64,000 bases of DNA, from the sequence record PP261279.1, one strand, 5' to 3'. Source of the stretch: Escherichia phage ECP2303. The position numbers and the translations under genes were made by a program. The first letter of the stretch is position 1. Every line of letters begins with the position of its first letter. This document shows positions 34,976 through 44,869 of the stretch, in pieces. Under the pieces are notes generated by a model that was given only the letters and a program-made list of their open reading frames with translations, did no database searches and had not been told where the DNA came from.

Positions 34976-36160
34976 TTAAGCTTTAGCCAAAATGGCGCTA
35001 AACTCTTCACCAAACTCTTTTACAATCTTCATCAGGTTTGGGTATGCTTTGATCAGCTGAGCAACGATCTTGTCACGACCTTTACCGATAAGCAAGGCAT
35101 TTCCTAAGGCATTAGGTTTCATCATCGCCATAAAGACTGAAAATACAAAATCTCGGTTCTCGTCCTTGAAGTTTTCCCAAAGGAAATCGAGAAAGTTTGC
35201 CACACAGCTAACAAGATCTTCGTCGGAGATACTTGCATTTTCCATCATATTACGAATAGCGATGCAACCTTCAGATCCAAGAATCCACAAGATGTCTGGC
35301 TGTTTAGGACCTACGTATTCTTTGCAACCTCCTGCCATAATCCGACCGATTTCCGGTAAGTTGCGTTTCTTGGTGTGGTAAGTCCAGATCTCTACCGCTG
35401 CAGTGTGACCAATAGCACCTTGCAGAAGAACACGGGCCATAGCGTCAGAAATAATACCGCTGTCAAAATCGTGCAAGATATCAGATGCAGCAACCCAAGA
35501 TCGCGGTGTGGCAAAAGATGGACAATTAATCTCAGCCATGGCCTCATAATTATCGATAGCTGATGGAACTCTTTTCAGATATCCAATTACAGAGGAGTGC
35601 ACCCCATTAAGGAATGCGTAGTCCTCAATAAACACCTCTGCATTGCTTGTAACCTCTACAATGATAAAACGGTTAGCCAGAGGGGCTTCGAGCGCCGAAA
35701 GAACCGCACCATCTGTAGAACGGTTACCAGCAGCCACAAAAACAGACCCCTTAGGGAATGCATAAGTACCGCACTTGTGGTCAAGCATAATTTGCATTGC
35801 AACCTTTTGTAGGTAGTTATCTGCATGAGTGAGCTCATCCAGAAAGATAATTCCGCTCCAGTCAGGATCCGCAGGCCAAAATTCTGGAATTGCAAACACT
35901 GTACGTGTAGTTCCATCCGCTTCTACAGGGATAGGTAGCCCAGATAAGTCGGCAGGATCTTTATCTGACAGCCGCACGTCAACAAGGTTGTCATCTCGCT
36001 CACCGAACATATTATCAGCGATCTGCTTCATCACCTGGCTTTTACCTACACCCATTGGTCCCAAAATTAGGACAGATCGGCTATGACGTTGGGCAAACTG
36101 AATAATAGCTGGCAACTCACGGACAGTGATTTGACCACTTTCGAATACGTTTCTTGACAT
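34976..36160 (-). CDS. MoxR-like AAA+ ATPase (AAA_5-type)
   Basis: 394 aa; Walker A LILGPMGVGKSQ; Walker B IIFLDELTHA; AAGNRS. Confidence 0.75.
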   Translation of the reverse strand: MSRNVFESGQITVRELPAIIQFAQRHSRSVLILGPMGVGKSQVMKQIADNMFGERDDNLVDVRLSDKDPADLSGLPIPVEADGTTRTVFAIPEFWPADPDWSGIIFLDELTHADNYLQKVAMQIMLDHKCGTYAFPKGSVFVAAGNRSTDGAVLSALEAPLANRFIIVEVTSNAEVFIEDYAFLNGVHSSVIGYLKRVPSAIDNYEAMAEINCPSFATPRSWVAASDILHDFDSGIISDAMARVLLQGAIGHTAAVEIWTYHTKKRNLPEIGRIMAGGCKEYVGPKQPDILWILGSEGCIAIRNMMENASISDEDLVSCVANFLDFLWENFKDENRDFVFSVFMAMMKPNALGNALLIGKGRDKIVAQLIKAYPNLMKIVKEFGEEFSAILAKA

Positions 36161-36429
36161 TAGTAAAAGTCCTCTACTTGTGTGTAAGTGTTTTCAAAGT
36201 TTTCCAAAACAGATATCACATCGGATCTGTCAATATCATACGTGACTCTCCAGTTGTACGCAACCCTTTCTGCTGTTGCCTCTTCTGGCGCTAGTCGTCT
36301 GCTGGCATAAAAGAGTGTTGGAGTACACTTTCTTGCTTGCCCTCTAACTTTCCCATAATAATATCTGTGAATATCTTTGTCAAAATTTAACTCTTTTTCT
36401 GCACGAAGTTCATATTGCTGGTATAACAT
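36160..36429 (-). CDS. hypothetical protein
   Basis: 89-aa ORF; ATGA overlap with the MoxR-like gene. Confidence 0.55.
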   Translation of the reverse strand: MLYQQYELRAEKELNFDKDIHRYYYGKVRGQARKCTPTLFYASRRLAPEEATAERVAYNWRVTYDIDRSDVISVLENFENTYTQVEDFY

Positions 36430-36473
36430 CTCTACTACTCCTTAAGCAGCATCCTTGCCGCCATTCCTGCCCA

Positions 36474-36854
36474 CTAAAATGCAGTCCGAATCCAGACAAG
36501 GTTCTTATCTGCCCAATCATAGAGGCAAGTCATTGCACTATTGAATTGCTCACACGGAGGATAATCTTCTTCCATCTGACGCATAGCAGAGCCTTGTGGG
36601 TAAAGCTCCCGTGCTGCAAACCACGCGTCGTAGTCATCAACGGTGTCGAAGTAGTATACAACATCCTCCAACTCAGGATCGAACTTTGAACTATCAGGAT
36701 CCAGTTGTTCAGGGAACTTGGAGCGTAACTTGCCAGCCACAATACTTGCCAACTCGCTAACATGCTTATTGTCCCACTCCATTAGCTTCCCGTCTTCAGT
36801 GATGCGTCCTAACCACTGATCATGAAGGTCAACTGTTGTCTTCCACCGGGCCAT
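36474..36854 (-). CDS. hypothetical protein
   Basis: 126-aa ORF. Confidence 0.6.
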   Translation of the reverse strand: MARWKTTVDLHDQWLGRITEDGKLMEWDNKHVSELASIVAGKLRSKFPEQLDPDSSKFDPELEDVVYYFDTVDDYDAWFAARELYPQGSAMRQMEEDYPPCEQFNSAMTCLYDWADKNLVWIRTAF

Positions 36855-36856
36855 TA

Positions 36857-37114
36857 TCAGTCCACCTCTTCTTCTCGTTGTAGTTCAAGATACCCGTAGG
36901 TCTGGACATCTTCAAGGGTGTGGAACTCCCCATCTGCCGCTAATGCACGAACAACTTGGCACAAAACCTTATGAGGAACTTCATCCAGACCAAGATTCAG
37001 TGCAGGGAACACCTTATCTAAGTCAACAAAATAAATGAACTGTAGCTCACCAGCTTCAAAAGGTGTATCTTCAATAAACATCTTCTCGGCATTAGTCAAG
37101 ATCTGCACTTTCAT
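36857..37114 (-). CDS. hypothetical acidic protein
   Basis: 85-aa ORF. Confidence 0.55.
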   Translation of the reverse strand: MKVQILTNAEKMFIEDTPFEAGELQFIYFVDLDKVFPALNLGLDEVPHKVLCQVVRALAADGEFHTLEDVQTYGYLELQREEEVD

Positions 37115-37470
37115 TATTCTACCTCCTCTTCTTTTTCTTCGGCATTAGTTTCATGGCTACCCCACTCTGGAGTTTCCACCTCGATAGTAAACTCACGCAC
37201 TACACGGTAATTGCCCATGAAGCGCTCCACTTCGTCAAGGCTTATGGAGAGGCCATTGGCAACCAGGTCTGCAGCACCCTCTTCTACCAGGTAGTCCAGA
37301 TTGGCTTCCAGAGCTTCAGGTTCAAACCCTGTCAATGCAATCAGATAACCTTTCCCTTCATCAGGGAGGACAATACATCCCAACTGATTTTCTTTAAAAA
37401 GGCAGTGACCATCATTATTGATTGGGTGTTCATTGCAGTAAATAGCTGCACGATAAGTAACTTTAGACAT
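37114..37470 (-). CDS. hypothetical acidic protein
   Basis: Start at MSKVTYR... with RBS aaggag. Confidence 0.6.
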   Translation of the reverse strand: MSKVTYRAAIYCNEHPINNDGHCLFKENQLGCIVLPDEGKGYLIALTGFEPEALEANLDYLVEEGAADLVANGLSISLDEVERFMGNYRVVREFTIEVETPEWGSHETNAEEKEEEVE

Positions 37471-37483
37471 CGGCAAGGTCTCC

Positions 37484-37762
37484 TTAGGCAATTGTCATTT
37501 TACATTCTTGAAATTTTAACACAAGACGGTGATTGTGTCTAGTGTCTAAAAAGATTTTTTCAACCATCAGGCACACGGTATAACCGTCCATCTTGTTGAC
37601 AACAAAATCTCCAGGGTAAGGGAGAGTGTCCCCTGGGCTGGGAAAGCATAACCCGCTCAGAAAGGCATCATCGGTGGTGGACTTAATGGATTTCCACACA
37701 CTATCTGCCTGAACATTCTCACCAACATAATATACACTACCACATGACTTCATCATAGTCAA
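37484..37762 (-). CDS. hypothetical protein
   Basis: 92-aa ORF. Confidence 0.55.
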   Translation of the reverse strand: MTMMKSCGSVYYVGENVQADSVWKSIKSTTDDAFLSGLCFPSPGDTLPYPGDFVVNKMDGYTVCLMVEKIFLDTRHNHRLVLKFQECKMTIA

Positions 37763-38657
37763 TCTCCGCGTAAATTAAACTGGAATCAGTATACTTCTTT
37801 AATGGGTAAATATCCTGTCCATAGATGCAATCATTAAACACCTCATCTACCCAAAGGCTACGCTTATATCCCATCATTTCTAAAACACTCATCTCTTCTT
37901 CGGTAAACTTATCACCACTCTTGCAAGATGTCAATACCTCATTTTGAACTCTTGCTACCTCGAATCGGTTATTGGCAATATCGCTATTGGCGATCAAATA
38001 CTCACCTAGAGGGTGTGCGGCATTAAAGATGCACAGTGGACGGCTGACGTAATAGTCTCCGGGTGTATAAAAATTGTTGAGGTCTTTCACTAGAACATTC
38101 TTATCAGTCACTTCATTTATAACATCATGCATATCGCACATCTTTATATGTTTGAGGATTCCATCTCCCATCACAAAATAAAAACTTGCTGAGACACTTT
38201 CGGCATAGATCTTACTAGATCCGTTGTAGTTGTATTTTACTCGGATGCTAACGGGGGTTTTTCCTGTCGCGTTAGCCATCATCCAAAGAAATGGCAGCTC
38301 ATACTTCTCCTCTGAGGAAACAAAAGGTGAGGTAGCCAGAGATCGAAAACCTCCAGAGAAGTTGAAAGTTACAGAACCGCTCCGGCGGTATGATACCGCG
38401 TATTCTACTTTTATATCGACGTACCCATTGGAATAGGTGTGTCCTTCATTATCTAAATATGTCCACTTATCAGACCCAGATACCAATCTACGCTCAATAA
38501 CCTTCATCACTACAGGAATTAGTGGGTTGGTACAAACCGCTTTTGAAGTAGCTTTATCATCTAAAGCCTCGTAAATTGCAGAAAGGATGTCCCCAGCTGA
38601 AAGATTGGTTGTTATGTCCTGTTTCCACCGCGTACTAAAACTGTTAAGATTTGCCAT
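37737..38657 (-). CDS. hypothetical protein (first gene of the leftward operon)
   Basis: 306-aa ORF directly downstream of the minus-strand promoter at 38698-38726. Confidence 0.65.
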   Translation of the reverse strand: MANLNSFSTRWKQDITTNLSAGDILSAIYEALDDKATSKAVCTNPLIPVVMKVIERRLVSGSDKWTYLDNEGHTYSNGYVDIKVEYAVSYRRSGSVTFNFSGGFRSLATSPFVSSEEKYELPFLWMMANATGKTPVSIRVKYNYNGSSKIYAESVSASFYFVMGDGILKHIKMCDMHDVINEVTDKNVLVKDLNNFYTPGDYYVSRPLCIFNAAHPLGEYLIANSDIANNRFEVARVQNEVLTSCKSGDKFTEEEMSVLEMMGYKRSLWVDEVFNDCIYGQDIYPLKKYTDSSLIYAEIDYDEVMW

Positions 38658-38697
38658 AAGTAAGTGCTCCTATGTTAGTTTTCTTTCGAATGGGTGC

Positions 38698-38726
38698 ACT
38701 ATATTGTGGAGTTAGAGTAAAGTCAA
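38698..38726 (-). promoter_or_regulatory. sigma70-like promoter for the leftward operon
   Basis: Minus-sense TTGACT-17 nt-TATAGT. Confidence 0.6.
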
Positions 38727-38745
38727 CACGTTTTTGATGTTGACA
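38722..38745. promoter_or_regulatory. operator-like inverted repeat shared by the divergent promoters
   Basis: GTCAACAcgtttttgaTGTTGAC overlapping both -35 elements. Confidence 0.45.
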
Positions 38746-38768
38746 TCTGTTGAGACAATTGATACGAT
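38740..38768 (+). promoter_or_regulatory. sigma70-like promoter for the rightward operon
   Basis: TTGACA-17 nt-TACGAT. Confidence 0.55.
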
Positions 38769-38799
38769 TTCTTCACTTACAGAGCACGAGAGACGACGC

Positions 38800-39777
38800 A
38801 TGAATCTTGAAAAATATTATACACCAGAAGAGTTAGAGCGCTTGCTCAAAAAATATAGACGCAAACAGAATAACGCACGGAAACGAGATATAGAGTTCGA
38901 CCTGTCATGGGAAGAATACCTCCTATTTGGTAAAAAACTTTTAGGAGATGGAGTATGCGACTATACCCTTATACCTTTTGACATGCACACAGATGAAAAC
39001 GGGCTGGGGAATCCTTTCTACCCATCTTTGGAGCGTATAGATGATGAAGGTCCTTACGCAATTGACAATTGTTGTGTGGTAGGGTTGAGGTGCAATGCTC
39101 TGAAAGACTGTCTGGTAGATAAAAAGACTGCAATCCTGATTAAAGACAAAACTGATCGAAAAATTGTCCAGCAGATGATGCTCCACCTGAGTGAAGAGCG
39201 TATGGAGAAGTTGAAAGGTGATTATACTTTTGAAGATTTCATCTTGCAATACGGGACAGAAGAAGATAAACTAGCACTATTTGACGAAGAGGAAGAAGAT
39301 ATGTCACCGATGCAGGATTTTAAAAATTTCATGGCTGATCGTGCAGCCAACAAACACATTTCAGACATCGTAAACGAGACTGTGACAGAAGAAATTGAAG
39401 AACAGACATCTGAAGAGGAAAAAGAGCCTCAGGTGGTTGAAGAGGAGATTGCAGAAGAGGTTCCTGCACTGCCTGATGATGTTGAGATTGCTAAGGCTTA
39501 CACTTTCTATTGTCAAACGTTCTACGATGCAGGTATGAAAGTTGACCTGTCGTTCAGCCAATTTAAGAGTTCGTATATTCGCAAATGCTGTGCTTTAACT
39601 GGTGAACGTCTCGGAGCTGGACTTAAACCACTGTTGGTGACCGACTGGAATAAAGGTTTCACTAAAGGAAACTTTATGGTAGTATCTCCAATTATGGAGA
39701 AAGCTATGACAGATCTTATGAAGACCACCCGCATGACAATGACCGAGTTGGCAGGTATTTTCAAACACGTTAAATAA
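38800..39777 (+). CDS. HNH-endonuclease-like domain protein
   Basis: ORF-track frame from 38734; start moved to the ATG at 38800 because the first ATG overlaps the -35; CDY...SLERIDDEGPY..DNCCVVGLRCNALK resembles an HNH core. Confidence 0.45.
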   Translation: MNLEKYYTPEELERLLKKYRRKQNNARKRDIEFDLSWEEYLLFGKKLLGDGVCDYTLIPFDMHTDENGLGNPFYPSLERIDDEGPYAIDNCCVVGLRCNALKDCLVDKKTAILIKDKTDRKIVQQMMLHLSEERMEKLKGDYTFEDFILQYGTEEDKLALFDEEEEDMSPMQDFKNFMADRAANKHISDIVNETVTEEIEEQTSEEEKEPQVVEEEIAEEVPALPDDVEIAKAYTFYCQTFYDAGMKVDLSFSQFKSSYIRKCCALTGERLGAGLKPLLVTDWNKGFTKGNFMVVSPIMEKAMTDLMKTTRMTMTELAGIFKHVK

Positions 39778-39810
39778 TGACAGGGGCCATTGGCCCCTTC
39801 TGGAGTTTTA

Positions 39811-41271
39811 ATGGATAGCAGAAGTTCAGAAATCATTGCCTCACAGAAAGATGATGCCCTGAGAATGTTGCAGGCTGCACGTATGTATCTCCTTGAAAAG
39901 CTGCCGTTTTATGGCACACTGCTGTCAGGATTGCAGTTCGTAGAAAACCACACATGGTGCTCCACCATGGCAACCGACCATAAACGCATCTATTACAGCC
40001 CTGAGTTCATTATGGGATTGGCTGATGAACGCAAGGTTATTCTTAAGGCTTCTCTAACTGACGAACAGTTTGAGATGGCTGAGGTTTTCTATTCCCTCAA
40101 ATCTGTGAAAGAGGTGGCTTTTCTTCTGTCACACGAGGTGGGGCATATTATCTGTGATCACCTGGTCCGTGGTAAAAGCTTCGAGCCGGAACTGTTTAAT
40201 ATTGCTTGTGATCATGTTATCAACACAGGTCTTGTGGTTGACTTTAGCAAGCCTCCCTGTGTTTTCTTCCCGAAGGGGAAAAGCACTACGTTCGTGAAAG
40301 GTAAGCCTTTTGGTTTCTTAGCCAGCTGCTACTGCGACATGAGGTTTCATGGATGGATTGCTGAGAACGTCTATGCGGTTCTTGATAAGCAAAGAGATCA
40401 GAATAACGGTAAAAGTAAGAGCGGTAAAGGTGAGAACTCTCAAGGGGATAAGCGACAAACCGATGATCACATGAGTGGGAACGGTGGCACCAGCGATGAT
40501 CTTGGAAAGGCTATGGGGTATGATCAGCCACAACCTGTAATCAGCCAATCTGATAAAGATCAGGCCATGCAAGACTCTGGTGACATGCTGGAAGCAGCAA
40601 TGCAAGCTTCCGGAGGTCGTTGCCCCGAGGCGGTGCGTGAGTTTGTCAAGAACAGAGGTAAGCCTGTAATCAACTATATAGACATCATTAAGCAACGCAT
40701 GTTGTCTAAACGAAAGGCCGAACTGACCTACAGAAAACCTGGTCGCCGATCTGGGTCTTTGACCAGCACAATGCGAAAAGTTGGGGCTATAAACAAGAAC
40801 CAGCACGTTATTGTTCCTGGTCGTAATCCGGAAAACACCATAGATATTGTGGTAGCTTTAGACGTTTCTGGCTCGATATCTCAAAGAACTTTAAAGAAAA
40901 TGTTCAATGAAATCACCGGATTGTGCAATCTGTATAAAGAGTTTAAGGTTACAATGTTCTGTTGGTCAACTGAAGTCGGAGAGGTTAAAGTATATACTCG
41001 CGGCAACATAGACGAAATGATCAACTATGAGGTCCACTCAACATGGGGCACAACAGCTGCTTGCGTGTTCGAGTATCTGGATGCCAACATACCAAATGCA
41101 AAAGATGTCATCGTCCTGACCGACCTATACTTTGAGCATAACTTTGAACAAAAGGCTGTTGACAACAAGTGGAAAAAGTACGATACTTTATGGGTTCTCA
41201 CCGAAGGGTATAATAAAAATTATATCCCTAGCTTTGGTAAAACTGTGGAATTAATCGAGTACGCTAAGTAA
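39811..41271 (+). CDS. vWA-domain protein with N-terminal HExxH putative metallopeptidase domain
   Basis: HExxH in LLSHEVGHIICDH; MIDAS-like DxSxS in VVALDVSGSIS; ATG at 39811 after ggag. Confidence 0.7.
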   Translation: MDSRSSEIIASQKDDALRMLQAARMYLLEKLPFYGTLLSGLQFVENHTWCSTMATDHKRIYYSPEFIMGLADERKVILKASLTDEQFEMAEVFYSLKSVKEVAFLLSHEVGHIICDHLVRGKSFEPELFNIACDHVINTGLVVDFSKPPCVFFPKGKSTTFVKGKPFGFLASCYCDMRFHGWIAENVYAVLDKQRDQNNGKSKSGKGENSQGDKRQTDDHMSGNGGTSDDLGKAMGYDQPQPVISQSDKDQAMQDSGDMLEAAMQASGGRCPEAVREFVKNRGKPVINYIDIIKQRMLSKRKAELTYRKPGRRSGSLTSTMRKVGAINKNQHVIVPGRNPENTIDIVVALDVSGSISQRTLKKMFNEITGLCNLYKEFKVTMFCWSTEVGEVKVYTRGNIDEMINYEVHSTWGTTAACVFEYLDANIPNAKDVIVLTDLYFEHNFEQKAVDNKWKKYDTLWVLTEGYNKNYIPSFGKTVELIEYAK

Positions 41272-41286
41272 GAGAGGATGTTATTT

Positions 41287-41544
41287 ATGGCAACAGAGGT
41301 AGTAATTAAAGCTGAACGCCCAGTTAAAAAAGCTATCAACACGTTCCCTGTGGGGACCATTGTGAGCATGATCACAGAGTCAGGTCGTGTATCTACGCTG
41401 CTGATTGTGAAATCTGCATGTTCTTCTTGTGTGTGGGCTTACGATCTGGACGAGAAAGAACTAAAAGATTTTGTTGGGGAGCTGAAAGCAACCGAGCTCG
41501 ATGCTCGTATCGAAGTATTTGGTGAAACTATGGAGGAAGAGTAA
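41287..41544 (+). CDS. small paralog-family protein
   Basis: Start at MATEVV...; similar in outline to 41544..41807 and 41809..42042. Confidence 0.55.
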   Translation: MATEVVIKAERPVKKAINTFPVGTIVSMITESGRVSTLLIVKSACSSCVWAYDLDEKELKDFVGELKATELDARIEVFGETMEEE

Positions 41545-41807
41545 TGACCACGAAAATCACTATTGCAGAACCGAAAGCTAACACGCAACCTATCGAAAAG
41601 TTTAAATGCGGCGAGGTGGTAACATTCACACCAGATAATGAAGATGCTAAGATTTTCGCAATGGTCACAGCTGAGTGGATGTGTGACAACACCACACAGG
41701 TTCTGCGTTTTGACACCTATCTTACCGATGAAATCAGGAACGACAAGATTGTGACTGGTGTGGATACTGAGATTGTTTTCTACAAGAGCTTTTTAGAGGG
41801 TTTCTGA
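41544..41807 (+). CDS. small paralog-family protein
   Basis: 87-aa ORF. Confidence 0.6.
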   Translation: MTTKITIAEPKANTQPIEKFKCGEVVTFTPDNEDAKIFAMVTAEWMCDNTTQVLRFDTYLTDEIRNDKIVTGVDTEIVFYKSFLEGF

Positions 41808-41808
41808 T

Positions 41809-42042
41809 ATGGCAAAAATTCGAAAATTATCTAGCAATCAGGTTGTGAAAGACTTCGAATCTGGAGAGATTCTTTATGTTCGTGATGCAGATGACGAAGG
41901 TGAAGATCTCGTTATGTTGGTGGGGCACGCTGAGGACGGATGCATCCAAGCTGTTTTTCTTGAAACAGCTATGGTGCACTGGATAGAGCTGGACTTGAAA
42001 GCACGAAAACCTAAAGCAGAAATCCTGATTTACGAAGATTAA
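41809..42042 (+). CDS. small paralog-family protein
   Basis: 77-aa ORF. Confidence 0.6.
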   Translation: MAKIRKLSSNQVVKDFESGEILYVRDADDEGEDLVMLVGHAEDGCIQAVFLETAMVHWIELDLKARKPKAEILIYED

Positions 42043-42058
42043 CAAAAAGGAGATAGCC

Positions 42059-42508
42059 GTGTTGAGCAAGCGTGAATGCGACAGCATTAGCCTGAATTCT
42101 TATAAGAAACAATGGTTTGGGGTAGAAGTTTGCCGACTGCGGCTAGGCTCCTACCTGAACTTCGTTTATTATGAGAGCGATAGTCGTATCGTTTCTTATG
42201 AAGTGTTCTACACTAAGAACACCTTCGAACTGCGCCGTAAAGTGGATGGCGGGAGAACTACCGCTCAGAATAATTGGGAAACTATCCTACCTACAGATGT
42301 TATAGGAAGTCCCCTGAATGTATCTGAAGATGAAAATCTTATGGTTCATGCTATGATGGGACTTGACAGCTTAGAGCTGGCAATCTATGATATGTCCATC
42401 GAAGCAGTTAAGCTGGACTACATCGAAAACACTTTAGAGGAAGGTATCAAGAAGTTTCTCAGTGAGAAATTAAAAGACCACTTTCATAAGGAGCTATACC
42501 TGTTATGA
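42059..42508 (+). CDS. hypothetical protein
   Basis: 149 aa; GTG start after aaaggag. Confidence 0.55.
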   Translation: MLSKRECDSISLNSYKKQWFGVEVCRLRLGSYLNFVYYESDSRIVSYEVFYTKNTFELRRKVDGGRTTAQNNWETILPTDVIGSPLNVSEDENLMVHAMMGLDSLELAIYDMSIEAVKLDYIENTLEEGIKKFLSEKLKDHFHKELYLL

Positions 42509-42750
42509 AGACCCGTAAAGAACGTAACAAAATTTTACCTGGAGCTCTCGAACACCTGATGAAGTGCAGATCTATTTGGCACTCTGCCAAGGAAGGGCAG
42601 AAGGTGGTTGTGGTTAGTGACAATACCAACCCGTTTGGAGATTATACCACTATGATGGCCCCGTATGTCCGTGATGGTGTTGTGGAAGTGGTCCCTTACA
42701 ACGGTCTGCATGAACGGCACTTTGAAAGCACTTTGCTAGTGGAGCTATAG
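42505..42750 (+). CDS. hypothetical protein
   Basis: 81-aa ORF; ATGA overlap with the upstream gene. Confidence 0.6.
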   Translation: MKTRKERNKILPGALEHLMKCRSIWHSAKEGQKVVVVSDNTNPFGDYTTMMAPYVRDGVVEVVPYNGLHERHFESTLLVEL

Positions 42751-42752
42751 TC

Positions 42753-43319
42753 ATGGCGGTCAATGTGGCTTACAACACAGGAAAGCTTGACAGAGACATT
42801 GGGTGTCTTGTCCTTTCAGATACAGAAGAGTATTGGGGTTATGGGTTGCTGTCAGACCCACACCCGAGCAACCTTGTATCAACAGTGCTATACCGCTACG
42901 ACCCTGTGCCAACGGTACACGACAAAGACATTCACGACCTTCGGATCAAGTGTCTGGAAGATCTGCTGAACAATGGTTGCAATGATCTGAGGGTAGCCAA
43001 AGAGAAGCTTACAAACATTCACAAAGAGGAAGTGATGAGCACCCTCAGTAAGAGATCAGTGCACAAAAAGATGATGCTGAACTTTGCAATGGGTATCTAC
43101 ATGGACGGGTATAAGGGAGGTGATCCGATTCTCAAGCTTCGCTGCCCAACACTGTGGGAAAGGGTGGTTGACAGTAAGGACGGCACTGCCCTGCTTGAGC
43201 TTCACACTGCAGGTTGGATATGGCGGTATGTTGATGGATACCCTCTATGGGCATGTGGGCCTGGGGAATTTGTTGACAGGCCTAGTGCGGTGGTGGACCT
43301 GCTATTGCAGTTTGAATAA
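42753..43319 (+). CDS. hypothetical protein
   Basis: 188-aa ORF. Confidence 0.65.
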   Translation: MAVNVAYNTGKLDRDIGCLVLSDTEEYWGYGLLSDPHPSNLVSTVLYRYDPVPTVHDKDIHDLRIKCLEDLLNNGCNDLRVAKEKLTNIHKEEVMSTLSKRSVHKKMMLNFAMGIYMDGYKGGDPILKLRCPTLWERVVDSKDGTALLELHTAGWIWRYVDGYPLWACGPGEFVDRPSAVVDLLLQFE

Positions 43320-43374
43320 AAGTGAGATATAAGGTGTTCATGCACCTACTAACAATACAACAAGAGAGACTGAG

Positions 43375-43650
43375 ATGACGAAAGAAGAAGCTGACGTATT
43401 AGACTTTGCACTGGAGGCTACGCAAGAGGCTCTGGTGTTAGCTTGGAAAATGAACCAGCGTGCTGCAGAATGCAACCGCCGAATCAATGAGATCCTGGGC
43501 ATGTCTATGTATGATTTCACCATGCATGCTGGAGAGATTCCTGAATTAACTGCTGAGATGAATGATCTTGACGATAAAATTAATATCATTCTGAAGACAG
43601 CAGAAACAACTCACCAAACCGCCCGTAAATTTATCAACGAGAAGGTGTGA
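43375..43650 (+). CDS. hypothetical protein
   Basis: 91-aa ORF. Confidence 0.6.
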   Translation: MTKEEADVLDFALEATQEALVLAWKMNQRAAECNRRINEILGMSMYDFTMHAGEIPELTAEMNDLDDKINIILKTAETTHQTARKFINEKV

Positions 43651-44117
43651 ATATGGACTACAGCTACTGCGGGGAAGAGGTCCCTTTTAACTACAGCAAT
43701 CTTACCACAAGCAATCCATATGAGACACGCCACGGCACACACATCATTGCCATTGACTTTGATGGAACATTTAATGCGAGTCCTTTCATCTTCTCCCGCC
43801 TGATCAGGGACCTGAAGAAGGAGAGGTGGACAGTATACCTTGTGACTTTCCGATTCATTACTCAAGACAATGTGGACATTGAGTATTGGCGCAAGGAGCT
43901 TGATGTTGGTGTGTTTTATACTGGAGGTATTCAGAAGGCAGCCTATCTGGCGCAGTTTGATATCTACCCAGATATTTGGATTGATGATTCTCCGGCATGT
44001 ATTCCGGCTAAAAATCAGTTAGAGTTTGCAATGAAGGAGATCGAGTATAAGTCTGAGGCTAAGCGGAACGGATGGCCTTTTATTATTGAAGATTACCCAG
44101 ATCCTGAACCGGAGTAA
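43647..44117 (+). CDS. HAD-superfamily phosphatase-like protein (5'(3')-deoxyribonucleotidase-like)
   Basis: HAD motif I IIAIDFDGTF and motif IV-like IWIDDSP; 156 aa. Confidence 0.5.
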   Translation: MNMDYSYCGEEVPFNYSNLTTSNPYETRHGTHIIAIDFDGTFNASPFIFSRLIRDLKKERWTVYLVTFRFITQDNVDIEYWRKELDVGVFYTGGIQKAAYLAQFDIYPDIWIDDSPACIPAKNQLEFAMKEIEYKSEAKRNGWPFIIEDYPDPEPE

Positions 44118-44122
44118 GAGCC

Positions 44123-44293
44123 ATGAGGCGAAGATATCATTACCTGATGTGGAAGTTATATCATGGTGCTGCTAAAGCTTACCGCACCGTGTTTAGTAAT
44201 GACAATCACTGCATTATGTTACGCCTTGCCGCCATTGGACATCACAATGAGTGGATTCGTGCAATCGTAATAGGTGACAAAGATTTTAAGTAA
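44123..44293 (+). CDS. hypothetical small protein (56 aa)
   Basis: Hand-found ORF MRRRYHYLMWKLYHGAAKAY... with RBS ggag; below the ORF-track cut-off. Confidence 0.3.
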   Translation: MRRRYHYLMWKLYHGAAKAYRTVFSNDNHCIMLRLAAIGHHNEWIRAIVIGDKDFK

Positions 44294-44323
44294 AGTATTG
44301 CTTTCTAGATGGAGACTGATTAA

Positions 44324-44704
44324 ATGTGCAAGTGTAAATCCTATAATTGGAAAGTGAAAGGTGCCAAGCATCAAAATGTTATCGTTGATGTGCCTAAAAA
44401 GCTCCGTGACGGCAAAAAACGTGTGTGCCTTGATAAGTGCATGGCTAAGCCTATCATGAGTCTATGGGCGGCAGGATTGAAAACTCTAAACTGCTGCTGT
44501 GGTCATAACAAAGATGTTCCAAGTATCATTATCCCAGAAGATGCAGACCCTAAAGCTTATGCAAAAATACTGACCCGCTACCCCAGCACCTTCCTGATCG
44601 GAAAATGGTGTCACGATGAACTTCAATGGTGGGTAGCATACGGTAGTATAGGTACTGCTTTTGGCTTTCCAGCCCTGTCAGAGCGCTACGTAAAAGTGTC
44701 ATAA
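44324..44704 (+). CDS. cysteine-rich protein
   Basis: 126 aa; multiple Cys clusters (MCKCKS, LNCCCGHN). Confidence 0.6.
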   Translation: MCKCKSYNWKVKGAKHQNVIVDVPKKLRDGKKRVCLDKCMAKPIMSLWAAGLKTLNCCCGHNKDVPSIIIPEDADPKAYAKILTRYPSTFLIGKWCHDELQWWVAYGSIGTAFGFPALSERYVKVS

Positions 44705-44869
44705 TCGATTTTAAGGCCTCAAACGAGGCCTGTGCCTTCATAAATTGTCCTACCCTATGTGATTACCCACCCTGAACAAAATACCTCTCCAAAATCGTTT
44801 AAAATTAAGCTTGACCCCAACATCAGATCTATGTATGATTACCTCACCAACCAAACAGAGGAGATCGTC

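Noticed and set aside
38734-38799. ATG at 38734 as the start of the HNH-like gene
   Set aside because: It overlaps the -35 element of the rightward promoter and has no RBS; the in-frame ATG at 38800 lies downstream of the predicted transcription start.
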